DNA of 64,000 nucleotides from Candidatus Poribacteria bacterium (lineage in GTDB: Bacteria > Poribacteria > WGA-4E > WGA-3G), in NCBI GenBank assembly GCA_965220065.1, contig OZ244804.1, forward strand, positions 5,434,346-5,498,345, read 5' to 3'. The notes under the pieces were generated by a model, which worked only from the letters and a program-made list of their open reading frames with translations, was not told the DNA's origin and did no database searches. Below, one piece after another: positions 16,885-27,007 of this stretch; the first letter of the stretch is position 1; every line of letters begins with the position of its first letter. The position numbers and the translations under genes are program-made.

Positions 16885-17937
16885 GTGATAGTGCAAAATT
16901 TCTTTCCCGAGACCTTTGTTCGCATTTTCACGTTGGTGCTGCTGTGTGTAAACGTTTCCCCGCTTTTCGCAGAAGCCCCGACAACGCCCAAAATCCTGTT
17001 CACCTCCGCACATGATGGCAACCGAGAAATATACATCATGAATCCAGATGGTTCTGAACAGGTGAACCTGACCAAACATCCCGCAACTGACCAAGAAGCC
17101 GTCTGGTCCCCAACAGGTGAGCAGATTCTCTTCGTCTCCGATCGTCGTAGGACGCATGTCCGAGACCTTTATCTGATGGATTCTAATGGATCCAACGTCC
17201 GGCGCGTCTTCAAGAAGAAAATAGAAGGTTGGAGAACAGACCCGACCTGGTCACCCGACGGTAAACATATCGCTTACCGGCAGTGGGATCCGATCGGAGG
17301 CGGGGCAAGTGGGATGTACATTTTGACCTTAGGCGAACAAGAACCTGAATTCATCGGGAAGTTTTCTTCTCCAGTATGGTCGCCCGACGGGACAACAATC
17401 GCCTGCGGGACAGCGAGCCCAGGGCTAACATGGATTATCTTAATGGACGCTCGGACACGAAAGCATAAGCGTCTTCTACCCAAGAAAGCACTCCCTTGGC
17501 AGACCACTCCGTCTTGGTCAGCAACAAGCGATAAACTCGCTTTTTCTGGAAACAACCATCCCTTGCCTGGCATCAATGGTTTGGTGCTGAAGGAAGCCAG
17601 GGCACTGCACAACGCATGGCGGGATAAACAGACAATCTTCATCGTCAACCGAGACGGCACAGGGCTCAAACAAGTTCTTGCGGAAGACGGTTCCGATGCA
17701 TGGGCGCCCGCGTTATCGCCAAGTGGAGAGGAAGTCCTGTATACACAGGAAATTAACCAGCGGAATCAGGTTTTCAAAGTTGATGTAAATAGCGGAATTC
17801 GGACACAGTTGACGCACAATGGGATGCCCAGATTTGGAAATTTTGGCGGAGATTGGTTTGACCCGTCGTATGCATTGCCGGTTTCACCACAACCGCAGTT
17901 GCTCACCACAACATGGGGGGAAGTGAAAAAGAAGTAA
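16885..17937 (+). CDS. TolB-like PD40 beta-propeller protein with C-terminal TTWGEVK tag
   Basis: ILFTS..DGNREIYIMNPDG; repeated WSPTG/WSPDG; ends LPVSPQPQLLTTTWGEVKKK. Confidence 0.9.
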   Translation: MIVQNFFPETFVRIFTLVLLCVNVSPLFAEAPTTPKILFTSAHDGNREIYIMNPDGSEQVNLTKHPATDQEAVWSPTGEQILFVSDRRRTHVRDLYLMDSNGSNVRRVFKKKIEGWRTDPTWSPDGKHIAYRQWDPIGGGASGMYILTLGEQEPEFIGKFSSPVWSPDGTTIACGTASPGLTWIILMDARTRKHKRLLPKKALPWQTTPSWSATSDKLAFSGNNHPLPGINGLVLKEARALHNAWRDKQTIFIVNRDGTGLKQVLAEDGSDAWAPALSPSGEEVLYTQEINQRNQVFKVDVNSGIRTQLTHNGMPRFGNFGGDWFDPSYALPVSPQPQLLTTTWGEVKKK

Positions 17938-17995
17938 AGTAAGTCTACTGCATGGGAAAATCCGAGAAAACACCGGAAGCGATCAGCAATCAACA

Positions 17996-18095
17996 GTAGG
18001 GGCAGGTCTTGTGCCTACCCGTATGAGAATCGCGAGCATGCAGAAATCTCCAGAAACACCCAAGCAAAAACCCAAAGCAAAACACTCGCTCCTAC
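17996..18095. repeat. REP doublet: GTAGGGGCAGG...CCTACCC plus an inverted expanded-loop copy of the RAYT-cognate REP
   Basis: 17996-18021 GTAGGGGCAGGTCTTGTGCCTACCC; 18030-18095 TCGCGAGC-[insert containing GAAACACCCAAGCAAAAAC]-CTCGCTCCTAC. Confidence 0.8.
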
Positions 18096-18107
18096 AGGAA
18101 GTGTATG

Positions 18108-19475
18108 CTACAGCAAATCGAATGTCTGTCCGCCTTCTGTCTGCCAGTTGGTGAGATCGCCCAACGGAATTGTCCGCAACCCGACTTGAGCGTTTCCTGT
18201 GTAAAAAACGTATCCGACACTGTCCTTGGCGAACATACGGGGCCAGCCGACCCAGTTACTATCGAACTGGGCACTACCGATGCCGAGACCGGGCAGCGCA
18301 GGGTTCCTTGGATAGTATTCCCAGTTGACGAGGTCCTTTGAACGTGCAAGTCCTACGGTATCCCACCAACCGTGGTGAGACACACCCTCCGGTTTCCATG
18401 TGTTGCATCCCTCATACCACAGATACCACATATCATCGACCCGATTCAGGGATCTCGGCCGGACATGAATCGCGTCCCAGTTATCCAGTGTTTCGGGCCC
18501 GAAGACCGGATTCCGCTCGTCGGGATGCCAGTTCACCAAATCGTCGCTGTATAGGAGATACCCGCGATCTCCCGCTGATCCGCGCTTGGGCGACGGTGTA
18601 AATCCAGCATAGAAAAGAAGATAGCGGTGCGGTAGTCCTTCGGCGCGAATGAGATCGAACTCGTGGGCATGCGTGGGATGTTTGTAAACCGGATTATTCG
18701 CATACTGAGTGAATGGTCCCATCGGATGGTCAGCCATGGCTAACATGAATCCTTGCCACTCTGGGAACTTCTGTGCAGAGAACATGATAGCAACACGTCC
18801 CTCATCTGTGACGACAGCACCGCTGACATACAGATTGTCGTACGGTGTATCGAGATAGGAGACAATGGGTTCAAGATGCCCCTCCCACTGCTTTAGGTCT
18901 GGACTTACAGTTACACCGATTGACCGTCTTGAAGATCCCTCCTCATCGCCTGCCATGCCTGCCATGACGTACATGTAATGCAAGCCATCGTATTCAATAA
19001 TCGCACCCGGTATGACCTGTTTCTCATAGAAGGAACCTTTAGGACCCCGAGATATGACCGGTGTGGTAATCTCTTGGAGCCATGGGAGCGTTGTCACAGT
19101 GCAGGATTGGCGTTGGATACCTGATGGGGTTTCGACGCTGAGATGATTATCGGTCGGTTCATAAATATCTTCCCATTCACCCAAGGGACCCCGAATCCAA
19201 CCGGTCGTGTCATTGACCCAGAACCTGAAAAAATTGCCCTTCTTCAGAACCCTGACGTTCCACGGTGGTTTTCCGATGTTGTCATAAGTTTTCCAGACTC
19301 GCGTGTCGGTGCCGGTTTCGCGGACGATCTTGAATCCGTCCGTAGCAATCGCAAGGCACGCTTTCTTACCTAACGTTGTGTTTCCAGAGAAGAAGACTTT
19401 CACCGGTTCGGTGGTCAGTTCTCCTGACAGCACCAGATTCATTTCGTAGTTTCCGGTGACACGTCTTTCTATCAC
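18108..19475 (-). CDS. Five-bladed beta-propeller glycoside hydrolase-like protein (GH43/32/130 clan) with N-terminal extension
   Basis: Blade repeats (G..YEKQVIPGAII...MY, SPDLKQW, PMGPFTQYANNPV, SDDLVNW...NPVF, WYLWYEG, GLARSKDLVNW...NP). Confidence 0.7.
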   Translation of the reverse strand: MIERRVTGNYEMNLVLSGELTTEPVKVFFSGNTTLGKKACLAIATDGFKIVRETGTDTRVWKTYDNIGKPPWNVRVLKKGNFFRFWVNDTTGWIRGPLGEWEDIYEPTDNHLSVETPSGIQRQSCTVTTLPWLQEITTPVISRGPKGSFYEKQVIPGAIIEYDGLHYMYVMAGMAGDEEGSSRRSIGVTVSPDLKQWEGHLEPIVSYLDTPYDNLYVSGAVVTDEGRVAIMFSAQKFPEWQGFMLAMADHPMGPFTQYANNPVYKHPTHAHEFDLIRAEGLPHRYLLFYAGFTPSPKRGSAGDRGYLLYSDDLVNWHPDERNPVFGPETLDNWDAIHVRPRSLNRVDDMWYLWYEGCNTWKPEGVSHHGWWDTVGLARSKDLVNWEYYPRNPALPGLGIGSAQFDSNWVGWPRMFAKDSVGYVFYTGNAQVGLRTIPLGDLTNWQTEGGQTFDLL

Positions 19476-19502
19476 GTTTTTTGTCCTTTGTTCGGAATAA
19501 TT

Positions 19503-19691
19503 GTAGGTGTTTTTGCTTGGGTGTTTCCCCAGGTTAAGCGATTTGCGAAACCCAACAGATATAGTTGAATTGAGTTGTGCGTTGAATTGTTGGGTTTCAC
19601 TGGAATCTCGGTGTTTTCAGGTATTCTGAAACTTCAAAGATTTCTGTGCTAAACGTCCCTGATGTCGCATGCCCCGTTCAACCCAACCTAC
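19503..19691. repeat. Composite REPIN with expanded loops
   Basis: GTAGG + GTTTTTGCTTGGGTGTTTC cassette + GCGAAACCCAAC (19503-19556), then inverted GTTGGGTTTCAC...TTCAACCCAACCTAC (19589-19691) with a ~70-nt loop. Confidence 0.7.
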
Positions 19692-19732
19692 GGTAAAACC
19701 TGTAGTTTTAAATAGTATCTGCTGGTATCGAT

Positions 19733-21208
19733 CTATCCATAGGTGGTAGTTGGATCGAGTGGGTAAACCGGACGTCTTAACCTCTGGTAGCGATAACTGA
19801 AAAGGTTCGGGCTATGTACACCAGGGGTATCCACGTCCAAAATCTGGTGCGCAATGGGTGTGTAGTCTGCGCGGAAATGGACAGCGGATTTGAGGGCGAT
19901 GAGTTTACGCGCCGTCGGCTCAATCCCAACGCTCCGAAGCACTTGCGCATCGTAAGGTTGGATCCGCCTTTCCGTCAGGATAATCTCAATCCCACCAACC
20001 TGGACGACGGCGGTTCTGCCCATATTTCCAGCCGTGCCGCGCCCCATAGGACCTTTATGGATAAATCTACCGTCAGAGAGGGTTTTGACCAATCCTGTTA
20101 GCGCAACGGGTGCTCCGTGTTGTGTGTCCGTTTTGCCACCGACGTTCAATCGGACACCGCTTCCGACCCCTGCCTCAACTGCTTGGGCAACCGATTCGGG
20201 ATCAGCGATCACAGCGATGACTGCCTCTTGAACGTCTGCGTCTATAAACTTCTGTAGAATCGTTGTGCCGTCACAGGGACCGCCACCGCCAGGGTTATCT
20301 GCGCCATCAGCAAGGACAATCGGATTGCCGTCTGTGTGGTTGGCGATTTCGATTGCGTCTTCGACGGTGTGTAGGTTAAAGGTGAACTGCTCGCGCATCT
20401 CCCAAATATCAGCGGCAAATTGGTCAGCACGTGCCTCTGCGAGTGCCATATCACCGTTGGTAGTAACGAGCACTGAAACGCCGGCATCGGTTATATCGGC
20501 AAATGGAAACCCCATAGAGAGCGTTGCTGTCACAATACCGCTTTCGGTCTCAAGGGCATGAAGCGCGTTGATCACGTCTATCATCGGCGGTTTCATTGTG
20601 CACTGTGCAGGGGGTGCGGTCAGTAAAGGGAGTTGACGGTATGCCATCGTCGGCTGAATCTTCCCTTGGTTCATACCGAACAATAACTGACCTGCTTCAA
20701 ACCCGCGTTCGTAGCAGTCTACGTGCGGATAGGTATCGAACCCGATGATAACGTCGGAGAACTGTGCCATTTTGGCGGTGATATTGGCGTGTAAGTCAAG
20801 CGTTGTGACAATCCACGTTTCACCGACTATCTCACGTACCGTCTGAATCAGGTCTCCCTCGGCATCTTCAAGTTCATCTGTTACCATCGCGCCGTGTAAG
20901 TCGAGGAGCACGCCATCAAGTTTCCCGGCGTTCTGCAAAAGCGTTAGGAACTCTGCTTTAAGCGTCTGATAAGCGGCTTGCTCTACCATGCCGGAAGGTG
21001 TCGCAAACGCCCACAGGAGTGGAACGGGTTGTAAATTGAGCTGTTCAGCGACATCAAGGAAACCACCCGTAATGGTTCGAGTCCCTCGGAACGCGGCGAT
21101 AATCTCGTCACCGTGGTGGTAACTCCCCTTTTTGAAGTTATCAATGGTTGTCGCTACGGGTGAAAATGTATTCGTTTCGTGTCCGATGCAACCGACTGCG
21201 ATTCGCAT
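19733..21208 (-). CDS. mlrC: M81 family metallopeptidase (MlrC-like)
   Basis: MRIAVG...HETNTFS, LDLHGAM, TLDLHAN, YPHVD, ADGADNPGGG, KSAVHFRA. ATG 21208 with GGAG RBS is more plausible than the ORF-track start 21307. Confidence 0.9.
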   Translation of the reverse strand: MRIAVGCIGHETNTFSPVATTIDNFKKGSYHHGDEIIAAFRGTRTITGGFLDVAEQLNLQPVPLLWAFATPSGMVEQAAYQTLKAEFLTLLQNAGKLDGVLLDLHGAMVTDELEDAEGDLIQTVREIVGETWIVTTLDLHANITAKMAQFSDVIIGFDTYPHVDCYERGFEAGQLLFGMNQGKIQPTMAYRQLPLLTAPPAQCTMKPPMIDVINALHALETESGIVTATLSMGFPFADITDAGVSVLVTTNGDMALAEARADQFAADIWEMREQFTFNLHTVEDAIEIANHTDGNPIVLADGADNPGGGGPCDGTTILQKFIDADVQEAVIAVIADPESVAQAVEAGVGSGVRLNVGGKTDTQHGAPVALTGLVKTLSDGRFIHKGPMGRGTAGNMGRTAVVQVGGIEIILTERRIQPYDAQVLRSVGIEPTARKLIALKSAVHFRADYTPIAHQILDVDTPGVHSPNLFSYRYQRLRRPVYPLDPTTTYG

Positions 21209-21448
21209 GGGGTATCTCCTTACTTTAGGACGGTAGGTTGGAACTGACGCGTTTGAACGCTCCGCAAATCGTAAGATAAATATACCACACCTTTGCTGAC
21301 GGGACAAGTAAAAGTTTGAAAATATTAGGATCGCTTAGTTTCTACTATTTTCCTTGATTTTCGGTGGGAGTCGGGAATCGGAGTTCCCTCCTGCAGAAGA
21401 TGGATCCCAAGATTTTTGTTAATCAAAAAGCCGGGATTTGATAGAATA

Positions 21449-21570
21449 GTCGTCAGTTATTGGTTGTCAGTTATCGGTTAAGAGGTTTCTGGTAACAATC
21501 GCCCCGCTTGGAATATTCCGAGATCGCGTGAATTGTTAAAAAGCACCTCCTTAACCGCCCACCGAAAACC
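21449..21570. repeat. Heptamer-armed imperfect palindrome (TCAGTTR arms / AAGAGG...CCTCCTT core)
   Basis: GTCGTCAGTTATTGGTTGTCAGTTATCGGTTAAGAGG ... CCTCCTTAACCGCCCACCGAAAACC; same family as 1986, 22601, 27946, 32405, 39989, 42306. Confidence 0.7.
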
Positions 21571-21607
21571 ACTTAAAAGTTCCAACACTCATATAGGAGC
21601 AATCGCT

Positions 21608-22567
21608 ATGGAATATACCTATCTCGGTCGGAGTGGACTACAGGTGAGTCGTTTCTGTCTCGGCACCGTCAATTTTGGGAGGCATACGTCTGCAGAAGAT
21701 TCGTTGCCGGTCCTAAGTCGGGCACTGCAAGCCGGAATTAACTTTTTCGATACCGCTAACATTTATAACGATGGTTTAACAGAAACGATTGTTGGAAACT
21801 GGTTGGCAGAAGATAAAAGTCGGCGCGATCAGATTGTTCTGGCGACCAAGTTGTATGGTTCAACAGGTGAGGGACCTAATGATGGTCGTTTATCGGCTTA
21901 CCATATTCGTCGGGCATGTGAGGACAGCCTCCGTCGTCTGCAAACCGATCACATTGACCTTTATCAGATGCACCATATTGATCGTCGGACACCGTGGGAT
22001 GAGATTTGGCAAGGGATGGAACAATTGGTGCGTGAAGGCAAAATTTCATACGTCGGCAGTAGCAACTTCGCGGCGTGGCATATTGCCCGCGCACAGGGCA
22101 TTGCGACGCAACGCAATTTCCTCGGTCTTGTCTCAGAGCAGAGCGTGTATAATCTCCGCAGTCGGAAAATTGAACTTGAAGTGTTACCGTGCTGCCGAGA
22201 ACTCGGTTTGGCGGTGATTCCGTATAGTCCGATGGGGGGTGGACTGCTCTGCGGTGTACTGGATAACCCGACCACCGGACGACGGGGCAGGGAATCGCAC
22301 AGAGAAACGATCGCGATGCATCGATCACAGTTTGAAGCGTATGAAGCCCTTTGTGCCTCGATAGGAGAACCCCCTGCTAACGTTGCTTTGGCGTGGGTGC
22401 TCAGCAATCCAGACATTACAGCACCGATCATTGGACCCCGGACAATCGAACAACTTGCGGAGAACTTATCGGTCTTGGAATTGAAATTGGACGATGAAGT
22501 CCTCGCGAAACTTGATGAGATTTGGGAGGGTCCCGGTGGCGAAGCACCAGAGGCGTATGCGTGGTAA
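21608..22567 (+). CDS. Aldo/keto reductase
   Basis: LGRSGLQVSRFCLGT, FFDTANIY, LATK, IDLYQMHH, SEQSVYNL, PYSPMGGG, PIIGPRT; GGAG RBS before ATG 21608. Confidence 0.95.
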   Translation: MEYTYLGRSGLQVSRFCLGTVNFGRHTSAEDSLPVLSRALQAGINFFDTANIYNDGLTETIVGNWLAEDKSRRDQIVLATKLYGSTGEGPNDGRLSAYHIRRACEDSLRRLQTDHIDLYQMHHIDRRTPWDEIWQGMEQLVREGKISYVGSSNFAAWHIARAQGIATQRNFLGLVSEQSVYNLRSRKIELEVLPCCRELGLAVIPYSPMGGGLLCGVLDNPTTGRRGRESHRETIAMHRSQFEAYEALCASIGEPPANVALAWVLSNPDITAPIIGPRTIEQLAENLSVLELKLDDEVLAKLDEIWEGPGGEAPEAYAW

Positions 22568-22693
22568 GGATATAGTTACGGTTCGGCAACTTCGTTGCCT
22601 TTCGGTTTTCAGTTAAGAGGGTTAGTGGTAACAGAAGAAATAAAAAAGGTTCATGTCTCCGCAACTGATAATTGATAAAAGGAGTTAAGATCT

Positions 22694-23902
22694 ATGACTT
22701 ATGAGAATGAGCTTTTTCAGGAACGCGTCGTCCGTGTGGAACGTCCGTCAGCACATTGGACATTGTTGCGCGCCCCGAACGGTGAGTTCCTTGGCGCGTC
22801 TGACGCTGGGCTTGCGGTTTTTGATTATGTTGATGACAAGGCAATATGGGAGTCGGTTGAAGGTGGCACTGCGTATCGTCATGTGGTCACCGATCTTGCC
22901 CTTGAAGCGAAAGCGGCGGGTTCAGAGAAAGGTTGCTATCTTCAGCATAACGGTGCTCGACTTGCCAGTGACGGTACTGCAGCAGTCGATGAAGCGGCGG
23001 TCTTTTCTCCTGGGCATGGACCGGCGCACCTTCCATCGGAGTATCTAACAACACTCAAGGAGAACGGCTGGGTATGTCTCCCGTCCATTATAGCACCCGA
23101 CGTTGTTGAAGAATTGGAGCGGATTAGTTGTACCGGTCGATGGGACCACGAAACCTATGACCGAAGTACAGGATCACTGGTTAAGGGTATAGCCGTAGCA
23201 CAAGCGGCAACAGAACCGGTCTCCTTGTGGGTGATGCGCCAATACATGCAAACGAGTGAAATTCGACTCGGACACCCACCCGGTTTCGCTATACTCACGC
23301 CGGACGATGGTGAAAGGGATGTGCAAGGTTGGCACTCCGATTTCCCTTACCATTGGGGAATTTTTGCCACGAGAGGCATCGGTCCAGAAATACCACGGCA
23401 CAATTTCCCTGAATTGGTTATGGGTGTGCAGCGCAATCTCTGTGTCTCAGAATTCCGAAAAGAGAACGGGGCGACCTGCTTCAAACTCGGATCGCACGTA
23501 CTCGGCGAGGGACCACCAGACGCATGGGGTCCTGGACACATTTATAGACAACCAGGCTATCGTGCCACTCACGGATTGCCCTATAACGGACCGGAGGCAG
23601 ATGTTGTTGAGGCACCGGGTGGGAGTTATATCCTCTACGATTCAAGGGTTTGGCATCGCGCCGGGGTGAATCGGACAGAGCGGAAGCGAGCCGCAATATT
23701 GCAAGCCATCATCCCTATGTACATCATGCCGAAAACGGATACCAGCCGTGCCTATCGGAACTTCATTGAAAGCCCTCTCATTGAAGAATTGACACCGTTA
23801 GAACTGAAAGAACTTAAAGCCTTGATGATAACCAGAATCGAGGGCTCAGGTGGAAAACATGTTGTTACGACGGACGCAGCACTCAGCGAAATAGTTGAAT
23901 AG
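22694..23902 (+). CDS. Phytanoyl-CoA dioxygenase (PhyH) family protein with ~120-aa N-terminal extension
   Basis: LKENGWVCLPSII, WHSD, ENGAT...GSH, YDSRVWHRAGVNRT...R. Confidence 0.85.
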   Translation: MTYENELFQERVVRVERPSAHWTLLRAPNGEFLGASDAGLAVFDYVDDKAIWESVEGGTAYRHVVTDLALEAKAAGSEKGCYLQHNGARLASDGTAAVDEAAVFSPGHGPAHLPSEYLTTLKENGWVCLPSIIAPDVVEELERISCTGRWDHETYDRSTGSLVKGIAVAQAATEPVSLWVMRQYMQTSEIRLGHPPGFAILTPDDGERDVQGWHSDFPYHWGIFATRGIGPEIPRHNFPELVMGVQRNLCVSEFRKENGATCFKLGSHVLGEGPPDAWGPGHIYRQPGYRATHGLPYNGPEADVVEAPGGSYILYDSRVWHRAGVNRTERKRAAILQAIIPMYIMPKTDTSRAYRNFIESPLIEELTPLELKELKALMITRIEGSGGKHVVTTDAALSEIVE

Positions 23903-23951
23903 CCATCAACAGGCAGTAAGGAGGTTATCGTCTCATAAAAGCCTCCTGAAC

Positions 23952-23980
23952 GCAAGCCGCGTGCGGGCTTGCGGGACAAT
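23952..23980. repeat. Dispersed palindromic repeat, near-identical to 47985-48013
   Basis: GCAAGCCGCGTG(C/T)GGGCTTGCGGGACAAT; one mismatch between the copies. Confidence 0.85.
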
Positions 23981-24021
23981 GCCGAAAGCCGATGGCTGAC
24001 AGCCACTAAAAAGGAGCAAAA

Positions 24022-25482
24022 ATGGAAAAACGTCCAAATATTTTATGGTACTGTACAGATCAGCAACGTTTCGATACTATCGGCGCGTTGGGCAATCCGC
24101 ATATTAACACGCCAAGACTTGACGAATTCATGGGTCAGTCAGTCACATTCACCCACGCTTATTGCCAATCTCCCATCTGCACACCTTCTCGTGCGAGTTT
24201 TATGACCGGTATGTATCCTTCAGCCGTGAGCGTCACTGGCAATGGCAACCCGGTTTTCCCCAAATATTATGAAGATCGTCTGATAACCCATGCCTTAGCG
24301 CAAGACGGCTACGACTGTGGGTTAATCGGTAAACTCCATCTCGCGAGTGCCTTTGATGCCCAAGAACAGCGCGTGGATGACGGATACCGCTATTTCCAAT
24401 ATAGCCACGATCACGGGAAACCGACCGCGCTCGGACACGAATACGCAGATTGGCAACGCGCGCAGGGCTATGATCCTGAAGCGTTGATCGCCGAGAAGGC
24501 GCTCTCCCAAAAATATCCGAACGAGCGAGGACGGGTGCCAGAACCGACGCCCGATCGCGATAATATCCCGCCACATCTTCACCAGACCTACTGGTGCACC
24601 GAAAAAACAATCGAATTTATTGGGAAAAATCGACGAGAAAATCAGCCGTGGATGCTGAGTATCAATCCATTTGATCCACACCCGCCGTTTGACGCGCCTT
24701 GGGAATACTATCGACGGTATGACCCAGAATCACTGCCCGGTCCGCACTTTCAGGAGAGCGATATTGCTTTTCAGTCGAAATTGACGGATGCGGGTATCGA
24801 CTTTCAATCTCAGGCAAAGCCGCCTGCAGAATGGGACGATAAGCGGATGCAAGCGTCTTATTACGCGATGGTTGAACAACTCGATCATGAGTTCGGACGT
24901 ATCCTCGACCATCTTGATGCTGAAGGGCTGCGTGAAGATACGATTGTTATCTTCACTTCCGACCATGGAGAGGCACTTGGTGATCACGGGTTGGCATTCA
25001 AAGGGTGTCGTTTTTATGAAGGATCGGTGCGGGTGCCGCTAATGATTTCGTGGCCAACGCAGTTCTTGCAAGACGTGCAAAGCGATGCCCTCGTTGAACT
25101 GACCGATATTGTTCCTATGCTATATGATGCATCGGGTGTAGACATTCCGTACTACGTTCAAGGCAAATCCCTTGCGCCTCTGTTGCGCGGTGATATTCCT
25201 GCTAACGAGCATCGAGAGGCGGTTCGTTGTGAATTTTTCGACGCAATCTCAATGCCGGATCGGACGCACGCCACGATGTATCGGGATCGACGTTGGAAAC
25301 TCGTAACTTACCACAAAAAGGGACTTTGCGAACTTTACGACCTCGACAACGACCCTTGGGAACACAACGATCTTTCGGATCACGCCGATTATCAAGCCGT
25401 CAAATGGGAATTGATGCAGAAAAGTTTCGACGCAACCGTTTATGCACACCCTCAGATGATACCGCGTGTCGCTTCACATTAG
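24022..25482 (+). CDS. Sulfatase (Cys-type, formylglycine-dependent)
   Basis: RPNIL...TDQQR, CTPSRAS (CxPxR), GKLHL, PHPP, TSDHG, FYEGSVRVPL, ELYDLDNDPWE. Confidence 0.95.
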   Translation: MEKRPNILWYCTDQQRFDTIGALGNPHINTPRLDEFMGQSVTFTHAYCQSPICTPSRASFMTGMYPSAVSVTGNGNPVFPKYYEDRLITHALAQDGYDCGLIGKLHLASAFDAQEQRVDDGYRYFQYSHDHGKPTALGHEYADWQRAQGYDPEALIAEKALSQKYPNERGRVPEPTPDRDNIPPHLHQTYWCTEKTIEFIGKNRRENQPWMLSINPFDPHPPFDAPWEYYRRYDPESLPGPHFQESDIAFQSKLTDAGIDFQSQAKPPAEWDDKRMQASYYAMVEQLDHEFGRILDHLDAEGLREDTIVIFTSDHGEALGDHGLAFKGCRFYEGSVRVPLMISWPTQFLQDVQSDALVELTDIVPMLYDASGVDIPYYVQGKSLAPLLRGDIPANEHREAVRCEFFDAISMPDRTHATMYRDRRWKLVTYHKKGLCELYDLDNDPWEHNDLSDHADYQAVKWELMQKSFDATVYAHPQMIPRVASH

Positions 25483-25750
25483 CAAAACCGCTACATTGAT
25501 TTACTGGATAAGTGCGCTTTGTAAACTCGATTGGCGTGAATTTGGTTTAAGGGTTTAGCGGAAACACACAAGGGACTCCCACTGGTTAAATCTGCCCTGT
25601 TTCGTGCCGCTGGGTGTAGCGTATGTACCATTTTGTGCAGTTCCTTCTGGGCATTTCGCAAAAGATTCCGATTCAGACTGGCGTAGAATTTGCTGCTTGC
25701 TTTCGATTTTTAGATTAAAACTCAGGGACTTTGGTGATTTTCCGAGATTC

Positions 25751-25918
25751 TGCAACCTTTGCGCCTTAAAAGTGTGTCACTAAGAATTAACATGAGCTCG
25801 ATTTTAATAAGTTCAAACTAAGGTAAAGGGTTGCCTTGTGTCTTTACGTTTACATGTAGGTAGTTTTTGAGTTTCTCTAAAATTATGCACCGTTTCCGCT
25901 CAAAAGGTGCGTCACTAA
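25751..25918 (+). promoter_or_regulatory. Tandem putative ECF-sigma promoters upstream of moxR (copies 2 and 3)
   Basis: TGCAAC-CTTTGCGCCTTAAAAGTGT-GTCACTAA (25751-25783) and TGCACC-GTTTCCGCTCAAAAGGTGC-GTCACTAA (25886-25918); about three-quarters identical. Confidence 0.6.
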
Positions 25919-25984
25919 CAGTTGAATGGGATCATATACCACGTTTAAATCGAAGTAATCAGAGGTATAAAAGAAGGGAATTTT

Positions 25985-27004
25985 ATGGCGACGACCCGAA
26001 ATAATGACGGAATGCATGCCGATGACGTTGCGGCAATTGACGAACTCCGAAACGTCTACGACCAGTTAAAAGCATCGCTTGCGAAGATCATCATCGGTCA
26101 GGAGCAGGTCATCGAACACTTGGCGATATGTCTATTTTCTCAAGGACACGCCCTGTTAATGGGCGTTCCCGGCTTGGCGAAAACGTTGTTAGTCAGTCGG
26201 TTTGCTGAGACGATGGCGTTGCAATTCAGCCGAATCCAGTTCACGCCCGATCTCATGCCGATGGACATCACTGGCACCGACATCCTTCAGGAAGTTCCAG
26301 GTGGCAGACGGGAGTTCGAGTTCGTAAAGGGTCCCCTCTTTGCGAATCTCATTTTAGCAGATGAGATTAACCGAGCACCCTCAAAGACCCAAGCCGCTAT
26401 GCTTGAGGCGATGCAGGAATACAAAATCACTGTTATCGGCAGAACATATTCTCTGGATCCCCCCTTTTTTGTCTTAGCGACGCAAAACCCAATCGAACAG
26501 GAAGGCACCTATCCGTTACCGGAAGCGCAATTAGACCGATTCATGTTCAGAATTGAGGTGGACTATCCGGAGCGGCTTGAAGAGATTGAGATTGCCCGTA
26601 CGACGACGGGTGCGTCTCTCCCGACGCTGGAACATGTTCTGACCGGTGAGCGGGTGCGAGCGTTTCAAGACCTCGTGCGTCGCGTCCCTGTCGCCGAGCA
26701 CATCTACGAATTCGCCGTGGATCTCGCCCGAAGCACACGCCCAGGAGGTGATGCCGCACCTGACTGGTTGAAACCTCTGGTTGCTTGGGGTGCTGGTCCG
26801 CGGGCGGTTCAGTATCTAATTCTTGGTGCGAAAGCGCGTGCGGCACTCAGTGGAAGCTACATGGCACGACTTGAAGATGTTGTTGCGGTGGCGAATCCAG
26901 TGCTGGCGCATCGCGTTATTACCTCCTTCGCAGCCGAGTCTGAGAATATCACCAGTAAAGACATCGTCAACCGACTCGTTGAGGAGTTGTCTGAAGGAAA
27001 TTAA
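25985..27004 (+). CDS. moxR: MoxR family AAA+ ATPase
   Basis: GVPGLAKT, RIQFTPDLMP.DITG, LADEINRAPSKTQAAMLEAMQE, ATQNPIEQEGTYPLPEAQLDRF, GAGPRA. Confidence 0.97.
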   Translation: MATTRNNDGMHADDVAAIDELRNVYDQLKASLAKIIIGQEQVIEHLAICLFSQGHALLMGVPGLAKTLLVSRFAETMALQFSRIQFTPDLMPMDITGTDILQEVPGGRREFEFVKGPLFANLILADEINRAPSKTQAAMLEAMQEYKITVIGRTYSLDPPFFVLATQNPIEQEGTYPLPEAQLDRFMFRIEVDYPERLEEIEIARTTTGASLPTLEHVLTGERVRAFQDLVRRVPVAEHIYEFAVDLARSTRPGGDAAPDWLKPLVAWGAGPRAVQYLILGAKARAALSGSYMARLEDVVAVANPVLAHRVITSFAAESENITSKDIVNRLVEELSEGN

Positions 27005-27007
27005 CGG

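Noticed and set aside
16885-17937. Calling the PD40 proteins tolB
   Set aside because: No TolB N-terminal domain and no tolQRA/pal context.
25555-25755. 66-aa minus ORF or riboswitch in the moxR leader
   Set aside because: No RBS or homology cue, it overlaps the promoter motif, and I recognised no riboswitch consensus.
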